Sequence record: OZ035736.1
Source of the DNA: Przondovirus NAN33P6
Length of the DNA: 40,525 nucleotides
Reading direction: 5' to 3' (one strand)
Shown in pieces: positions 1-8,804 of the stretch. Made by a program: the position numbers and the translations under genes. The notes beneath the pieces were generated by a model that was given only the letters and a program-made list of their open reading frames with translations, searched no databases and was not told the DNA's origin. How positions within the stretch are numbered: the stretch's first letter is position 1; the number at the start of each line of letters is the position of its first letter.

Positions 1-29
1 TGAGCGCCCAGACTTATAAGGAGTAACAT

Positions 30-287
30 ATGGACCTGATTAAGTTCCTCGAAATGTTAGACACTGAGATGGCTCAGCAGATGCTCATGGACCTGAAGAA
101 TCCCGAGAAGCGAACCCCTCAGCTGTACAACGCCATTGGTAAACTACTGGAGCGGCACAAGTTCCAAATCTCTAAGCTGACCCCTGACGTTAACATCTTG
201 GGCGGTCTTGCTGAAGGTCTGGAGGCTTACAACTCCAAGGTGGGTGCTGATGGTCTGACAGATGACGATAAGTTCACCCTACAGTGA
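30..287 (+). CDS. 18: Terminase small subunit (DNA maturase A), T7 gp18 homolog
   Basis: 85 aa; FLEMLDT.MAQ.ML.DL...PQLYNAI.KLL.RHKFQI.KL.PDV.ILGGLA...GLTDDD..TLQ matches recalled T7 gp18 nearly end to end; AAGGAG RBS at 20-25. Confidence 0.9.
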   Translation: MDLIKFLEMLDTEMAQQMLMDLKNPEKRTPQLYNAIGKLLERHKFQISKLTPDVNILGGLAEGLEAYNSKVGADGLTDDDKFTLQ

Positions 288-335
288 TATACTCAAGGTA
301 CTACTATATGTAGTGCCTTTATGGATGTCATTGCA
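288..335 (+). promoter_or_regulatory. Putative RNase III processing hairpin (R18.5-like)
   Basis: ACTCAAGGTA...TACTATATGTAGTG...CCTTTATGGA; same motif family recurs at about 9470, 10005 and 16590 and resembles the recalled T7 R1.1 substrate (ACUCAAGGUCA...GGCCUUUAUGAUUG). Confidence 0.55.
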
Positions 336-383
336 CTACGCTAGGCGTTCCTACGTGAAATCTGAGAAACAACGGGAGGCATT

Positions 384-830
384 ATGCTGGAGTTCACAAA
401 GAGAATCGTCCCGTATCTTGTGGCTATCATGGTGTTTGCCTTCGGGTGGCACTTGGGGACACAGTCTACGGACGCCAAATGGAAGGAGGAAGTACAGAAT
501 GAGTACGTTAAGAAGCAAACGGCTAGAGCTGAAACTCAGAAAGCGATTGACGCAGTATCGGATAAGTACCAAGCAGACCTTGAGGGGCTGGAGGGCAGCA
601 CTGATAGGATTATTGCTGATTTGCGTAGCGACAATAAGCGGCTGCGCGTCAAAGTCAAACCTACCAGTGTCGCCGCAGGACCAGACGGTCGATGCCTCAT
701 TGATGGTTCCGTCGAACTACACGAAGCAACTGCTCGAAGTCTTATCGCAATAACCCAGAAGGCTGACCTCAAAGAGAAGGCCCTACAGGACACAATTCGT
801 AAGCTGCAAGGGAAAGGAGGTGAACATTGA
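384..830 (+). CDS. 18.5: i-spanin (Rz-like inner membrane spanin), T7 gp18.5 homolog
   Basis: 148 aa; MLEF.....GWHLG..S.DAKWK.EV.NEYVK...[13 protein letters not shown] matches recalled T7 gp18.5; N-terminal TM segment. Confidence 0.9.
   Translation: MLEFTKRIVPYLVAIMVFAFGWHLGTQSTDAKWKEEVQNEYVKKQTARAETQKAIDAVSDKYQADLEGLEGSTDRIIADLRSDNKRLRVKVKPTSVAAGPDGRCLIDGSVELHEATARSLIAITQKADLKEKALQDTIRKLQGKGGEH
499..753 (+). CDS. 18.7: o-spanin (Rz1-like outer membrane lipoprotein), T7 gp18.7 homolog, embedded in +1 frame of gene 18.5
   Basis: Internal ATG at 499 of ORF 262..753; MSTLR...[19 protein letters not shown] matches recalled T7 gp18.7 including lipobox-like ISGC. Confidence 0.85.
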   Translation: MSTLRSKRLELKLRKRLTQYRISTKQTLRGWRAALIGLLLICVATISGCASKSNLPVSPQDQTVDASLMVPSNYTKQLLEVLSQ

Positions 831-2584
831 GTAACTCTCAGCAAGCCAAGAACGCCTTAATCATTGCGCAACTGAAGGGTGACTTTGTCGCCTTTCTCTT
901 CGTGCTCTGGAAGGCCCTGAACCTGCCGGAACCAACCAAGTGTCAAATCGACATGGCCAAGTGTCTGGCAGACCCAAAGAACAAGAAGTTTATCCTTCAG
1001 GCTTTCCGTGGTATCGGGAAGTCGTTCATCACGTGTGCGTTCGTAGTGTGGACCCTATGGCGTGACCCTCAGTTAAAGATACTGATTGTCTCAGCCTCGA
1101 AGGAACGTGCGGACGCTAACTCCATCTTCATCAAGAACATCATCGACTTGTTGCCTTTCCTGAGTGAGCTTAAGCCTCGCCCCGGTCAGCGTGACTCCGT
1201 GATTAGCTTTGATGTAGGCCCTGCCAAGCCTGACCACAGCCCGTCAGTTAAGTCTGTGGGTATTACGGGTCAGCTTACTGGTAGCCGTGCCGATATCATC
1301 ATTGCGGATGACGTGGAGATTCCCGGTAACTCTGCAACCCAAGGTGCCAGAGAGAAACTCTGGACGTTGGTTCAGGAGTTCGCCGCACTGTTGAAACCTC
1401 TGCCGACTAGTCGTGTTATCTATCTGGGTACCCCTCAGACCGAGATGACGCTCTACAAGGAACTTGAGGACAACCGTGGTTACTCCACAATCATCTGGCC
1501 TGCGCAGTATCCTCGCTCCAAAGAGGAAGACCTGTACTATGGCGACCGACTGGCTCCTATGCTCCGTAGTGAGTACGATGAGGACAAAGAGGGTCTCGGT
1601 AGTCAACCTACTGACCCGGTTCGATTTGACTCCATGGACCTTCAGGAACGTGAGGTGGAATACGGCAAGGCTGGCTATACACTTCAGTTCATGCTCAACC
1701 CGAACCTCAGTGACGCCGAGAAGTATCCTCTACGCCTCCGTGACGCTATCGTGTGCGGCCTACAGATGGACAAGGCCCCAATGCACTACCAGTGGCTGCC
1801 GAACCGTCAGAACCGCAATGAGGAGCTTCCTAACGTGGGCATGAAGGGTGACGAGATTTACTCCTTCCATACAGCCTCCAGTAACACTGGTGCGTATCAG
1901 GGTAAGATTCTGGTCATTGACCCCAGTGGTCGCGGTAAGGATGAGACCGGCTGGTGCGTACTGTACACCCTCAACGGTTACATCTACCTGATGGATGCTG
2001 GCGGTACTCGTGGGTACGAAGAGAAGTCCCTTGAGTTCCTCGCTAAGAAGGCTAAACAGTGGCAGGTACAGACTGTGGTCTTCGAGAGCAACTTCGGTGA
2101 CGGCATGTTCGGTAACGTGTTCCAGCCTGTGCTCCTGAAGCATCACCCGGCGCAACTCGAAGAGATTCGTGCTCGTGGTATGAAAGAGGTCCGCATTTGC
2201 GATACCCTTGAGCCTGTGCTGGCAAGTCACCGCTTGGTCATCCGGGATGAGGTCATCCGACAGGACTACCAGACGGCACGTGATGCAGACGGTAAGCACG
2301 CTCTGAAGTACAGCCTGTTCTACCAGATGACCCGTATGAGCCGTGAGAAGGGCGCTGTGGCACACGACGACCGCCTTGATGCGTTAGCATTGGGTGTCGA
2401 GTTCCTACGCTCTACGATGCAGCAGGACGCTGTTAAGATAGAGGCTGAGGTACTTCAGGAGTTCTTGGAGCATCACATGGAGAAGCCCCTGAGTAACATC
2501 TCCCAGTTCAGGGCCACCAGTAGCAACGGCGTGGACATCCGATGGGAAGACGATGGGGATGACACTATGTTCATCGCATGGTGA
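827..2584 (+). CDS. 19: Terminase large subunit (DNA maturase B), T7 gp19 homolog
   Basis: 585 aa; [35 protein letters not shown]...[18 protein letters not shown] nearly identical over long runs to recalled T7 gp19; apparent TTG start at 827 overlapping the gene 18.5 stop (TTGA), GGAGG at 816-820. Confidence 0.95.
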   Translation: MSNSQQAKNALIIAQLKGDFVAFLFVLWKALNLPEPTKCQIDMAKCLADPKNKKFILQAFRGIGKSFITCAFVVWTLWRDPQLKILIVSASKERADANSIFIKNIIDLLPFLSELKPRPGQRDSVISFDVGPAKPDHSPSVKSVGITGQLTGSRADIIIADDVEIPGNSATQGAREKLWTLVQEFAALLKPLPTSRVIYLGTPQTEMTLYKELEDNRGYSTIIWPAQYPRSKEEDLYYGDRLAPMLRSEYDEDKEGLGSQPTDPVRFDSMDLQEREVEYGKAGYTLQFMLNPNLSDAEKYPLRLRDAIVCGLQMDKAPMHYQWLPNRQNRNEELPNVGMKGDEIYSFHTASSNTGAYQGKILVIDPSGRGKDETGWCVLYTLNGYIYLMDAGGTRGYEEKSLEFLAKKAKQWQVQTVVFESNFGDGMFGNVFQPVLLKHHPAQLEEIRARGMKEVRICDTLEPVLASHRLVIRDEVIRQDYQTARDADGKHALKYSLFYQMTRMSREKGAVAHDDRLDALALGVEFLRSTMQQDAVKIEAEVLQEFLEHHMEKPLSNISQFRATSSNGVDIRWEDDGDDTMFIAW

Positions 2585-2664
2585 TTATGCAGGGATTGTG
2601 CATAAGGATTCATTAGGCCACGGAAGGCCACTTCAGGAAAACTTCAGGCATAACAGACACTTGG

Positions 2665-2687
2665 AATTAGGTAGCACTATAGGGAGA
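2665..2687 (+). promoter_or_regulatory. Phage RNAP promoter (phiOR-like, right end)
   Basis: AATTAGGTAGCACTATAGGGAGA; exact consensus 23-mer, +1 G at 2682. Confidence 0.85.
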
Positions 2688-2828
2688 GACCCCTAAAGAC
2701 TTACTATAAGAACACTTAAAGTTTCATTCATATAGTTATGCACTACAGGTCTCCTCTATGAGAGAGGGTAGTAATGATAATATCACCCTCTAACTATAAG
2801 ACACTAAGAGCTAACACAAGGAGGACCT

Positions 2829-2978
2829 ATGCGCTTACTGTTAACCTTACTGCGCCATAGGACTACTTGGCGGTTTCTGCTGGTACTTGCTGGTGCCCTT
2901 GGGGCTTCACTGGTTACTCAGCAACAACTCGGTGGACTGGAGACTCTCGTGTGCTCTCTACTCACTTGTAGCGATTAG
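2829..2978 (+). CDS. 19.5: T7 gp19.5 homolog (small protein of unknown function)
   Basis: 49 aa, below the ORF-track cutoff; MRLLLTLLRHRTTWRFLLVLAGALGASLVTQQQLGGLETLVCSLLTCSD resembles recalled T7 gp19.5 (ends ...SILTCSD); GGAGG RBS upstream. Confidence 0.75.
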   Translation: MRLLLTLLRHRTTWRFLLVLAGALGASLVTQQQLGGLETLVCSLLTCSD

Positions 2979-3059
2979 GGTCTTCCTGACGCGCTAGGGA
3001 TTCCGTAGTGATGCTTATCAGCATACACCACTCCATCCCTCTACAGTCAATACTTAAAG

Positions 3060-3440
3060 TTAACCTTAGGTGATTCACTGGGTCTACCTACGGGTCTATG
3101 CACTGACCTGAGGACTACCTGAGGTTACCTTTAAGAATTTTACATAAAGTTCTGAGTGTACATCTCACAGTTTAAACTTTTGGTTATCCCCCCGGTACCC
3201 TCCAGTTCACCCAAAGTAACCATAGGCCACCCCTAAACCTTCGGTTTAACCTTAGGTGGGACTGATGGGAAACCTGAGGTGATACTATATGTTGTGGTGA
3301 GTGGGACCTTGGGTGACTATATGTTGATGTCACTGTGTCCCTATCTGTTGGGCCTCTTTAAGTAACAACCTGAGGTTAGACCTGAGGCATCCACCTTAGG
3401 ACATCCTGAGGTAATACCTGAGACCATATACCTTAGGTTA
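3060..3440 (+). repeat. Array of about 10-12 CCT(G/T)AGG heptamers flanking the presumed genome end and terminal repeat
   Basis: CCTTAGG at 3064, 3250, 3394, 3431; CCTGAGG at 3107, 3118, 3273, 3369, 3381, 3405; variants CCTTCGG 3238, CCTTGGG 3307; positional analogue of the T7 CCTAAAG end repeats. Confidence 0.65.
3163..3350 (+). repeat. Probable direct terminal repeat (collapsed to one copy), with left genome end near 3163
   Basis: TCTCACAG at 3163-3170 resembles the T7 left-end start TCTCACAGTGTACGG; GTGTCCCTATCTGTT at about 3335-3350 resembles the T7 motif near the inner end of its 160-bp repeat; boundaries are estimates. Confidence 0.45.
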
Positions 3441-3506
3441 ACCATGGGCCATCCGGTGAGTCATTACTATAAGGCTATTGGGAGACCATTGTCAAATCAT
3501 CCAACC

Positions 3507-3529
3507 AATTAGGTAGCACTATAGGGAGA
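3507..3529 (+). promoter_or_regulatory. Phage RNAP promoter (phiOL-like, left end)
   Basis: AATTAGGTAGCACTATAGGGAGA exact consensus. Confidence 0.85.
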
Positions 3530-3608
3530 CACTTAAAGTGTTACTATGAGACCATCACCAATAAGAACACTATCACTATAGGTCTAACTAAAAGTTTAAC
3601 TTTGAGTG

Positions 3609-3637
3609 TTGACATTCAGATTCCGTTATGAGACATT
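3609..3637 (+). promoter_or_regulatory. Candidate host sigma70 early promoter (A1-like)
   Basis: TTGACA (3609-3614), 17-bp spacer, GACATT; same relative position as T7 A1 (TTGACT...GATACT); weak -10. Confidence 0.4.
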
Positions 3638-3743
3638 AGCAACCGTTGAGACAGACACAACGTTATCAACCACTAGCACACTTCGAGTTACTAGCTGGAT
3701 ACGGAAGGGTCTCAAGTAGCCATCAACCGGCATACGAAAATGG

Positions 3744-3772
3744 TTGACTCAACGATGCACAAGTAGTAACGT
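3744..3772 (+). promoter_or_regulatory. Candidate host sigma70 early promoter (A2-like)
   Basis: TTGACT (3744-3749), 17-bp spacer, TAACGT. Confidence 0.4.
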
Positions 3773-3861
3773 AGTAAGCAAGCAGTAACTAGCAGCACCG
3801 CTCTTTAACAATATGGATTAGTCAAAGCTGATATGTACACCATGACAATAGTGTTTAACTA

Positions 3862-3916
3862 GTGGCTACATTCGGGTCTCTGGCAAGGTACGTCCTGTCA
3901 CCCTGGGAGTAGCCAC
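3862..3916 (+). promoter_or_regulatory. Structured leader upstream of gene 0.3 (possible R0.3-type processing site)
   Basis: 8-bp inverted repeat GTGGCTAC (3862-3869) and GTAGCCAC (3909-3916) enclosing about 40 nt, just upstream of the gene 0.3 RBS. Confidence 0.3.
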
Positions 3917-3947
3917 GCTGATAACCACTAATTGAAGGATATACATC

Positions 3948-4415
3948 ATGATTTACACTAAAGAGCCAGCTAATAAAGTATTCGTATTCGTTACCGCTTA
4001 TCGTGGTCATGAGTCGCTCGAGGTTAACGAGAAGATGCTCAAGGGTCTCATTCGCACCATTAAGACCTATCCGGGTGCATATGGCAACATTCGTGATGAG
4101 CACGTGCAAGGCTGCTTTAAGGAAGATGGCATGCCTGAGGCAACACAAGAACGCACGCTCAAGGTTGAATGTACTGAGAAGCAAGCGGCAGAGCTGACGT
4201 GGTTGGCCTGTAAGACCTACTCGCAGGACGCTGTTCTGGTGGTGAACTCACAGACCCATACAGCCGCGCTATGGTCTATCGAGGATGTAGGCGAGTACCC
4301 ACAGGTCTACCCACGCTTGAAAGAGGTGTCCTTAGGTGGCACGCTGCAACAAGTGGACGCACCAAAGGGTGAATGCTATTCAATCATCGACGGGCAATAT
4401 TGGGAGGTGGTGTAA
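3948..4415 (+). CDS. 0.3: S-adenosylmethionine lyase (T3-type SAMase, anti-restriction), T3 gp0.3-like
   Basis: 155 aa; M.YTKEPA..VF......R.....EVN........RT....PG.YG......GC..E...ATQERT..V.C..KQAA.L...AC...QDAVLV.NSQTHTA.L resembles recalled T3 SAMase; unlike the T7 Ocr DNA mimic. Confidence 0.75.
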   Translation: MIYTKEPANKVFVFVTAYRGHESLEVNEKMLKGLIRTIKTYPGAYGNIRDEHVQGCFKEDGMPEATQERTLKVECTEKQAAELTWLACKTYSQDAVLVVNSQTHTAALWSIEDVGEYPQVYPRLKEVSLGGTLQQVDAPKGECYSIIDGQYWEVV

Positions 4416-4597
4416 TGGTCAAATATGGTCTCACTCAGCAGGAAATACACGAGTACCGCAGCGCCTTTAAGACGGCTTGCGAGTGCACTGCTGGCATACC
4501 TGAAGCAAAATCCGACTGGTTCTGCTACTACATGGCCCAAATGGCCCAGACCTATCGCACACGTAAGGTAATGTATGATAACCCTGTTCGTAATTAG
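4415..4597 (+). CDS. Small early protein, possibly T7 gp0.4-like
   Basis: 60 aa from the ATG overlapping the 0.3 stop (TAATG), GGAGGTGG RBS; MVKYGLTQQ...YMAQMAQ has weak resemblance to recalled T7 gp0.4 (VQYGLTAQ...AMAQ). Confidence 0.45.
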   Translation: MVKYGLTQQEIHEYRSAFKTACECTAGIPEAKSDWFCYYMAQMAQTYRTRKVMYDNPVRN

Positions 4598-4772
4598 TGT
4601 GTACGCCCTGATTGTCCTGTACTTTGTGCGGGACTTTCGTAAGGGTCTCAAGGTGCACAAAGCATCTTTCAGTTACATGAAGTGGGGCTTATTGCCTCGC
4701 TTTACTGTACGGCTACCTAATGGCCGCTTTAAGGCTAACAAAGTGGGGGTATTTTATGTTGCAACGCACTGA
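4575..4772 (+). CDS. Small hydrophobic early protein (hypothetical)
   Basis: 65 aa; N-terminal hydrophobic stretch ITLFVISVYALIVLYFV; in the gene 0.5/0.6 position; start uncertain. Confidence 0.35.
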   Translation: MITLFVISVYALIVLYFVRDFRKGLKVHKASFSYMKWGLLPRFTVRLPNGRFKANKVGVFYVATH

Positions 4773-4950
4773 GATACTGAAGGCACTATCTGAGCGGTAC
4801 CTTGCACCCGAGGGTGTACGAGTCCGGGTAATGGACTACACGGGAAACCCGCTGGCACCTGAGAAGGTAGCTTATCGCATCACCTTTACTTCGCTTGGAA
4901 GAAAGCACAGGGTAACATACTGGCCTAACACTGTAGGCTTCCAATCATAG
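4756..4950 (+). CDS. Small early protein (hypothetical, gene 0.6 position)
   Basis: 64 aa from internal ATG MLQRTEILKAL of ORF 4720..4950; precedes gene 0.7. Confidence 0.35.
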   Translation: MLQRTEILKALSERYLAPEGVRVRVMDYTGNPLAPEKVAYRITFTSLGRKHRVTYWPNTVGFQS

Positions 4951-4988
4951 CAATATCACCAATTCAATCTATACAAGGAAACAACCTA

Positions 4989-6002
4989 ATGAACTACACC
5001 GATATGCAAGCACGCTTAGACGCCATCCGTAACCTGCCAATCTGTGAACTCGACAAGCGCCAGCCGCTGCTGGTAGCACTCATCGCTGACATTGTGAACT
5101 GTGAGACGTCCGACGGTGACGATACGGACAGCGGTTGGGGTCTGGAATGTCAGGACTATTGGCAAACCCTGAAGATTAAGGCCAAGGACGCTGGGTTTAG
5201 CCTGCTGGGCAACGGTCACTTCAGCGCAGCGTTTAAGCACGAGCTGCTGCCGGGTAGGGTCATTAAGGTTGGCTTTAAGAAAGAGGACTCAGGGGCCGCC
5301 TACGTGGCTTTCTGCCGGATGAACCAAGGCCGGGTAGGGATTCCTAACGTCTATCACGTAGCGCGTCACGCTGGATGCTATACGGTGGTTCTGGATGAGC
5401 TGGAACCATGCAAGAGGCGCGACAACGAGACGCACGAGCATTACGCGGACCTAGCGAATTACTTTGTGGAGAACTCTGGTGCAGAGCTGGGAGATGTTGA
5501 CGGTGCAGAGAAGGAATTACCCTTCGTCGAGACGTGTCAAATGATTCACAAGTTCTTCTACGGGATTGCGTCTTTTGATATGCACAGCGGAAACATCATG
5601 TTCACCAAAGACGGCAAGCCAGTGATTACCGACCCGGTGTCATTCTCAGCGGACCGGGACCGTGAGCCTTTCTCACTGGAACCTGAGGAACTGCTCGCAG
5701 AGATTGAGCAGATAGCACACAATAAGATGATTGAACGTTGTAAGCGCAACAAGGCTAAGCGCGACCCGAACGGGGAGCTGCGCATCGCACGCCGTAAGGC
5801 AAACAAGGAACGTCGGGCACGTCGTAAGGCGCACGCTCGGTGGCGTAAGGAGCAGGAAAAGCGTGATGCCGAACTCTTAAAGTTTGACCTTGCGAAAGTC
5901 GAGGAGCGGGTACTGGCATGGCAGGTGGGACCCGGCCTAGCGATACAGCAAGGAAAGCCACTACCAATCGACAACTACCTTCAGGGTAGACTCATGGGCT
6001 AA
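4989..6002 (+). CDS. 0.7: Ser/Thr protein kinase with host transcription shut-off region, T7 gp0.7 homolog
   Basis: 337 aa; LPICELDKRQ, AGF.LLGNGHFSAA, RVIKVGFKKEDSGAAY.AFCRM.QGR.GIPNVY.V.RHAGCYTVVLD, FDMHSGNIMF, ITDPVSFS match recalled T7 gp0.7; basic K/R-rich C-terminus. Confidence 0.9.
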   Translation: MNYTDMQARLDAIRNLPICELDKRQPLLVALIADIVNCETSDGDDTDSGWGLECQDYWQTLKIKAKDAGFSLLGNGHFSAAFKHELLPGRVIKVGFKKEDSGAAYVAFCRMNQGRVGIPNVYHVARHAGCYTVVLDELEPCKRRDNETHEHYADLANYFVENSGAELGDVDGAEKELPFVETCQMIHKFFYGIASFDMHSGNIMFTKDGKPVITDPVSFSADRDREPFSLEPEELLAEIEQIAHNKMIERCKRNKAKRDPNGELRIARRKANKERRARRKAHARWRKEQEKRDAELLKFDLAKVEERVLAWQVGPGLAIQQGKPLPIDNYLQGRLMG

Positions 6003-6073
6003 CAAGGTGTATCTTAGGTGTCTCCAAACGGTGAGGCACCAATAGATAAACTTTATTCACAAAGAGGCACACA

Positions 6074-8794
6074 ATGAACGCATTAAACATTGCACGTAAT
6101 GACTTCTCAGAGATTGAACTAGCAGCTATCCCGTACAATATCCTCAGTGAGCACTATGGGGACAAGCTGGCACGTGAGCAGTTAGCACTGGAGCACGAGG
6201 CGTACGAGCTGGGTGAGCAGCGTTTCCTGAAGATGTTAGAACGTCAGGTGAAAGCTGGCGAGTTCGCTGACAACGTGGCCGCTAAACCGCTGGTCCTAAC
6301 GTTGCACCCGCAGCTGACCAAGCGTATTGACGACTGGAAGGAGGAGCAAGCAAACGCTCGCGGTAAGAAACCTCGCGCATACTACCCGATTAAGCACGGT
6401 GTGGCTTCTGAGTTAGCTGTTAGCATGGGCGCTGAGGTGCTCAAAGAGAAGCGCGGAGTGTCCAGTGAGGCAATCGCACTGCTAACCATCAAGGTCGTCT
6501 TAGGGACGCTCACAGACGCCTCAAAGGCCACAATCCAGCAGGTGTCCTCACAGTTAGGCAAGGCCCTTGAGGATGAGACCCGCTTCGGTCGTATCCGTGA
6601 GCAGGAAGCCGCATACTTCAAGAAGAACGTAGCGGACCAGCTGGACAAGCGAGTAGGCCACGTGTACAAGAAGGCTTTCATGCAGGTAGTCGAGGCCGAT
6701 ATGATATCCAAAGGGATGCTGGGCGGCGACAACTGGGCGAGCTGGAAAACTGACGAGCAGATGCACGTAGGGACCAAGCTGCTGGAGCTGCTTATCGAGG
6801 GGACTGGTCTGGTGGAAATGACCAAGAACAAGATGGCCGATGGCTCCGACGATGTGACCAGTATGCAGATGGTCCAGCTGGCTCCGGCGTTTGTGGAACT
6901 CCTGAGCAAACGAGCGGGCGCACTCGCGGGTATCAGTCCGATGCACCAGCCGTGCGTAGTCCCTCCGAAACCTTGGGTGGAGACTGTAGGCGGTGGCTAC
7001 TGGTCAGTCGGTCGTCGCCCTCTGGCACTGGTGCGTACCCACTCCAAGAAGGCGCTGCGCCGCTACGCAGACGTGCACATGCCCGAGGTATACAAGGCGG
7101 TCAACCTCGCGCAAAACACGCCGTGGAAGGTGAACAAGAAGGTGCTGGCGGTAGTCAACGAGATTGTCAACTGGAAGCACTGCCCGGTTGCTGACGTCCC
7201 AGCGATTGAACGTGAAGAGCTACCACCACGCCCGGACGATATTGACACCAACGAGGTGGCACGTAAGGCATGGCGCAAGGAGGCCGCAGCGGTCTACCGT
7301 AAGGACAAGGCCCGCCAGTCTCGCCGTTTGTCAATGGAGTTCATGGTCGCACAGGCCAACAAGTTCGCTAACCACAAGGCCATCTGGTTTCCTTACAACA
7401 TGGACTGGCGCGGACGTGTGTACGCTGTGAGCATGTTCAACCCGCAGGGTAACGACATGACCAAGGGTATGCTGACGCTGGCTAAGGGCAAGCCAATCGG
7501 TCTCGATGGGTTCTACTGGCTGAAGATTCATGGTGCAAACTGTGCAGGCGTCGACAAGGTTCCCTTCCCTGAGCGCATCAAGTTCATCGAAGAGAACGAG
7601 GGCAACATTCTGGCGAGTGCAGCTGACCCACTGAATAACACTTGGTGGACACAGCAGGATTCACCATTCTGTTTCTTAGCGTTTTGCTTCGAGTACGCAG
7701 GCGTTAAGCATCACGGCCTGAATTACAACTGCTCGCTGCCGCTGGCGTTCGATGGGTCATGCTCTGGGATTCAACACTTCAGCGCTATGCTCCGCGATTC
7801 CATCGGTGGTCGTGCGGTAAACCTGCTGCCATCTGATACCGTGCAGGATATCTACAAGATTGTGGCTGATAAGGTCAACGAGGTGCTCCACCAGCACGCT
7901 GTCAACGGGTCTCAGACGGTGGTCGAGCAGATTGCCGACAAGGAGACTGGCGAGTTCCGCGAGAAGGTAACGCTGGGTGAGTCCGTACTGGCTGCGCAGT
8001 GGTTGCAATACGGCGTGACCCGCAAGGTGACTAAGCGTTCGGTCATGACGTTGGCGTACGGTTCCAAAGAGTTCGGCTTCCGCCAGCAAGTTCTTGAGGA
8101 TACCATTCAGCCAGCTATTGACAACGGCGAGGGCTTGATGTTTACGCACCCTAACCAAGCGGCTGGCTACATGGCTAAGCTGATTTGGGACGCTGTGACC
8201 GTGACCGTAGTGGCCGCTGTCGAGGCGATGAACTGGCTGAAGTCTGCCGCTAAACTGCTGGCCGCTGAAGTCAAGGACAAGAAGACCAAAGAGGTGCTCC
8301 GTAAGCGCTGCGCAATCCACTGGGTAACACCAGACGGCTTCCCGGTGTGGCAGGAATACCACAAGCGTGACCAAGCGCGCCTGAAGCTGACGTTTCTGGG
8401 TCAGGCCAACGTGTTCATGACGTACAACAAAGGGGATACCAAAGAGATTGACGCACATAAGCAGGAGTCAGGAATCGCTCCTAACTTTGTGCACTCACAG
8501 GATGGTAGTCACCTGCGCATGACCGTAGTGCACGCCAACGAGGTCTACGGGATTGACTCCTTCGCGCTCATTCATGACTCCTTCGGGACCATTCCGGCAG
8601 ACGCTGGGAATCTCTTTAAGGCAGTCCGTGAGACGATGGTCAAGACCTACGAGGATAACGATGTAATCGCTGACTTTTATGACCAGTTCGCTGACCAGCT
8701 GCATGAGTCTCAACTGGACAAAATGCCTGCGGTCCCGGCCAAAGGTGACCTGAATCTGCGCGATATCTTAGAGTCTGACTTCGCGTTCGCCTAA
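6074..8794 (+). CDS. 1: Single-subunit DNA-dependent RNA polymerase, T7 gp1 family
   Basis: 906 aa; extensive near-identity to recalled T7 RNAP (AIWFPYNMDWRGRVYAVSMFNPQGNDMTKG, LPLAFDGSCSGIQHFSAMLRD, HDSFGT, C-terminal FAFA); specificity-loop region differs (RLKLTFLGQANVFMTYN versus T7 RLNLMFLGQFRLQPTIN). Confidence 0.97.
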   Translation: MNALNIARNDFSEIELAAIPYNILSEHYGDKLAREQLALEHEAYELGEQRFLKMLERQVKAGEFADNVAAKPLVLTLHPQLTKRIDDWKEEQANARGKKPRAYYPIKHGVASELAVSMGAEVLKEKRGVSSEAIALLTIKVVLGTLTDASKATIQQVSSQLGKALEDETRFGRIREQEAAYFKKNVADQLDKRVGHVYKKAFMQVVEADMISKGMLGGDNWASWKTDEQMHVGTKLLELLIEGTGLVEMTKNKMADGSDDVTSMQMVQLAPAFVELLSKRAGALAGISPMHQPCVVPPKPWVETVGGGYWSVGRRPLALVRTHSKKALRRYADVHMPEVYKAVNLAQNTPWKVNKKVLAVVNEIVNWKHCPVADVPAIEREELPPRPDDIDTNEVARKAWRKEAAAVYRKDKARQSRRLSMEFMVAQANKFANHKAIWFPYNMDWRGRVYAVSMFNPQGNDMTKGMLTLAKGKPIGLDGFYWLKIHGANCAGVDKVPFPERIKFIEENEGNILASAADPLNNTWWTQQDSPFCFLAFCFEYAGVKHHGLNYNCSLPLAFDGSCSGIQHFSAMLRDSIGGRAVNLLPSDTVQDIYKIVADKVNEVLHQHAVNGSQTVVEQIADKETGEFREKVTLGESVLAAQWLQYGVTRKVTKRSVMTLAYGSKEFGFRQQVLEDTIQPAIDNGEGLMFTHPNQAAGYMAKLIWDAVTVTVVAAVEAMNWLKSAAKLLAAEVKDKKTKEVLRKRCAIHWVTPDGFPVWQEYHKRDQARLKLTFLGQANVFMTYNKGDTKEIDAHKQESGIAPNFVHSQDGSHLRMTVVHANEVYGIDSFALIHDSFGTIPADAGNLFKAVRETMVKTYEDNDVIADFYDQFADQLHESQLDKMPAVPAKGDLNLRDILESDFAFA

Positions 8795-8804
8795 GGTCTA
8801 AGGC

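Noticed and set aside
262-753. 163-aa ORF as listed in the ORF track
   Set aside because: Only the C-terminal 84 codons (from ATG 499) match an o-spanin; the upstream part is an open frame with no start context, so the feature is called as 499..753.
1760-2365. 201-aa ORF on the minus strand within the terminase gene
   Set aside because: Antisense shadow of gene 19.
2585-2664. Short hairpin TATGCAGGGATTGTGCATA just after the terminase stop
   Set aside because: Only a 6-bp stem with no U-tract; too weak to call a terminator or functional element without folding energies.
6952-7430. Overlapping + strand ORFs of 80 and 88 aa inside gene 1 in other frames
   Set aside because: Arg/Pro/Ser-rich low-complexity translations typical of out-of-frame reading of a GC-balanced gene; no RBS; inside the RNAP gene.
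7757-8458. 233-aa ORF on the minus strand within the RNA polymerase gene
   Set aside because: Antisense shadow of gene 1; no independent start signals.
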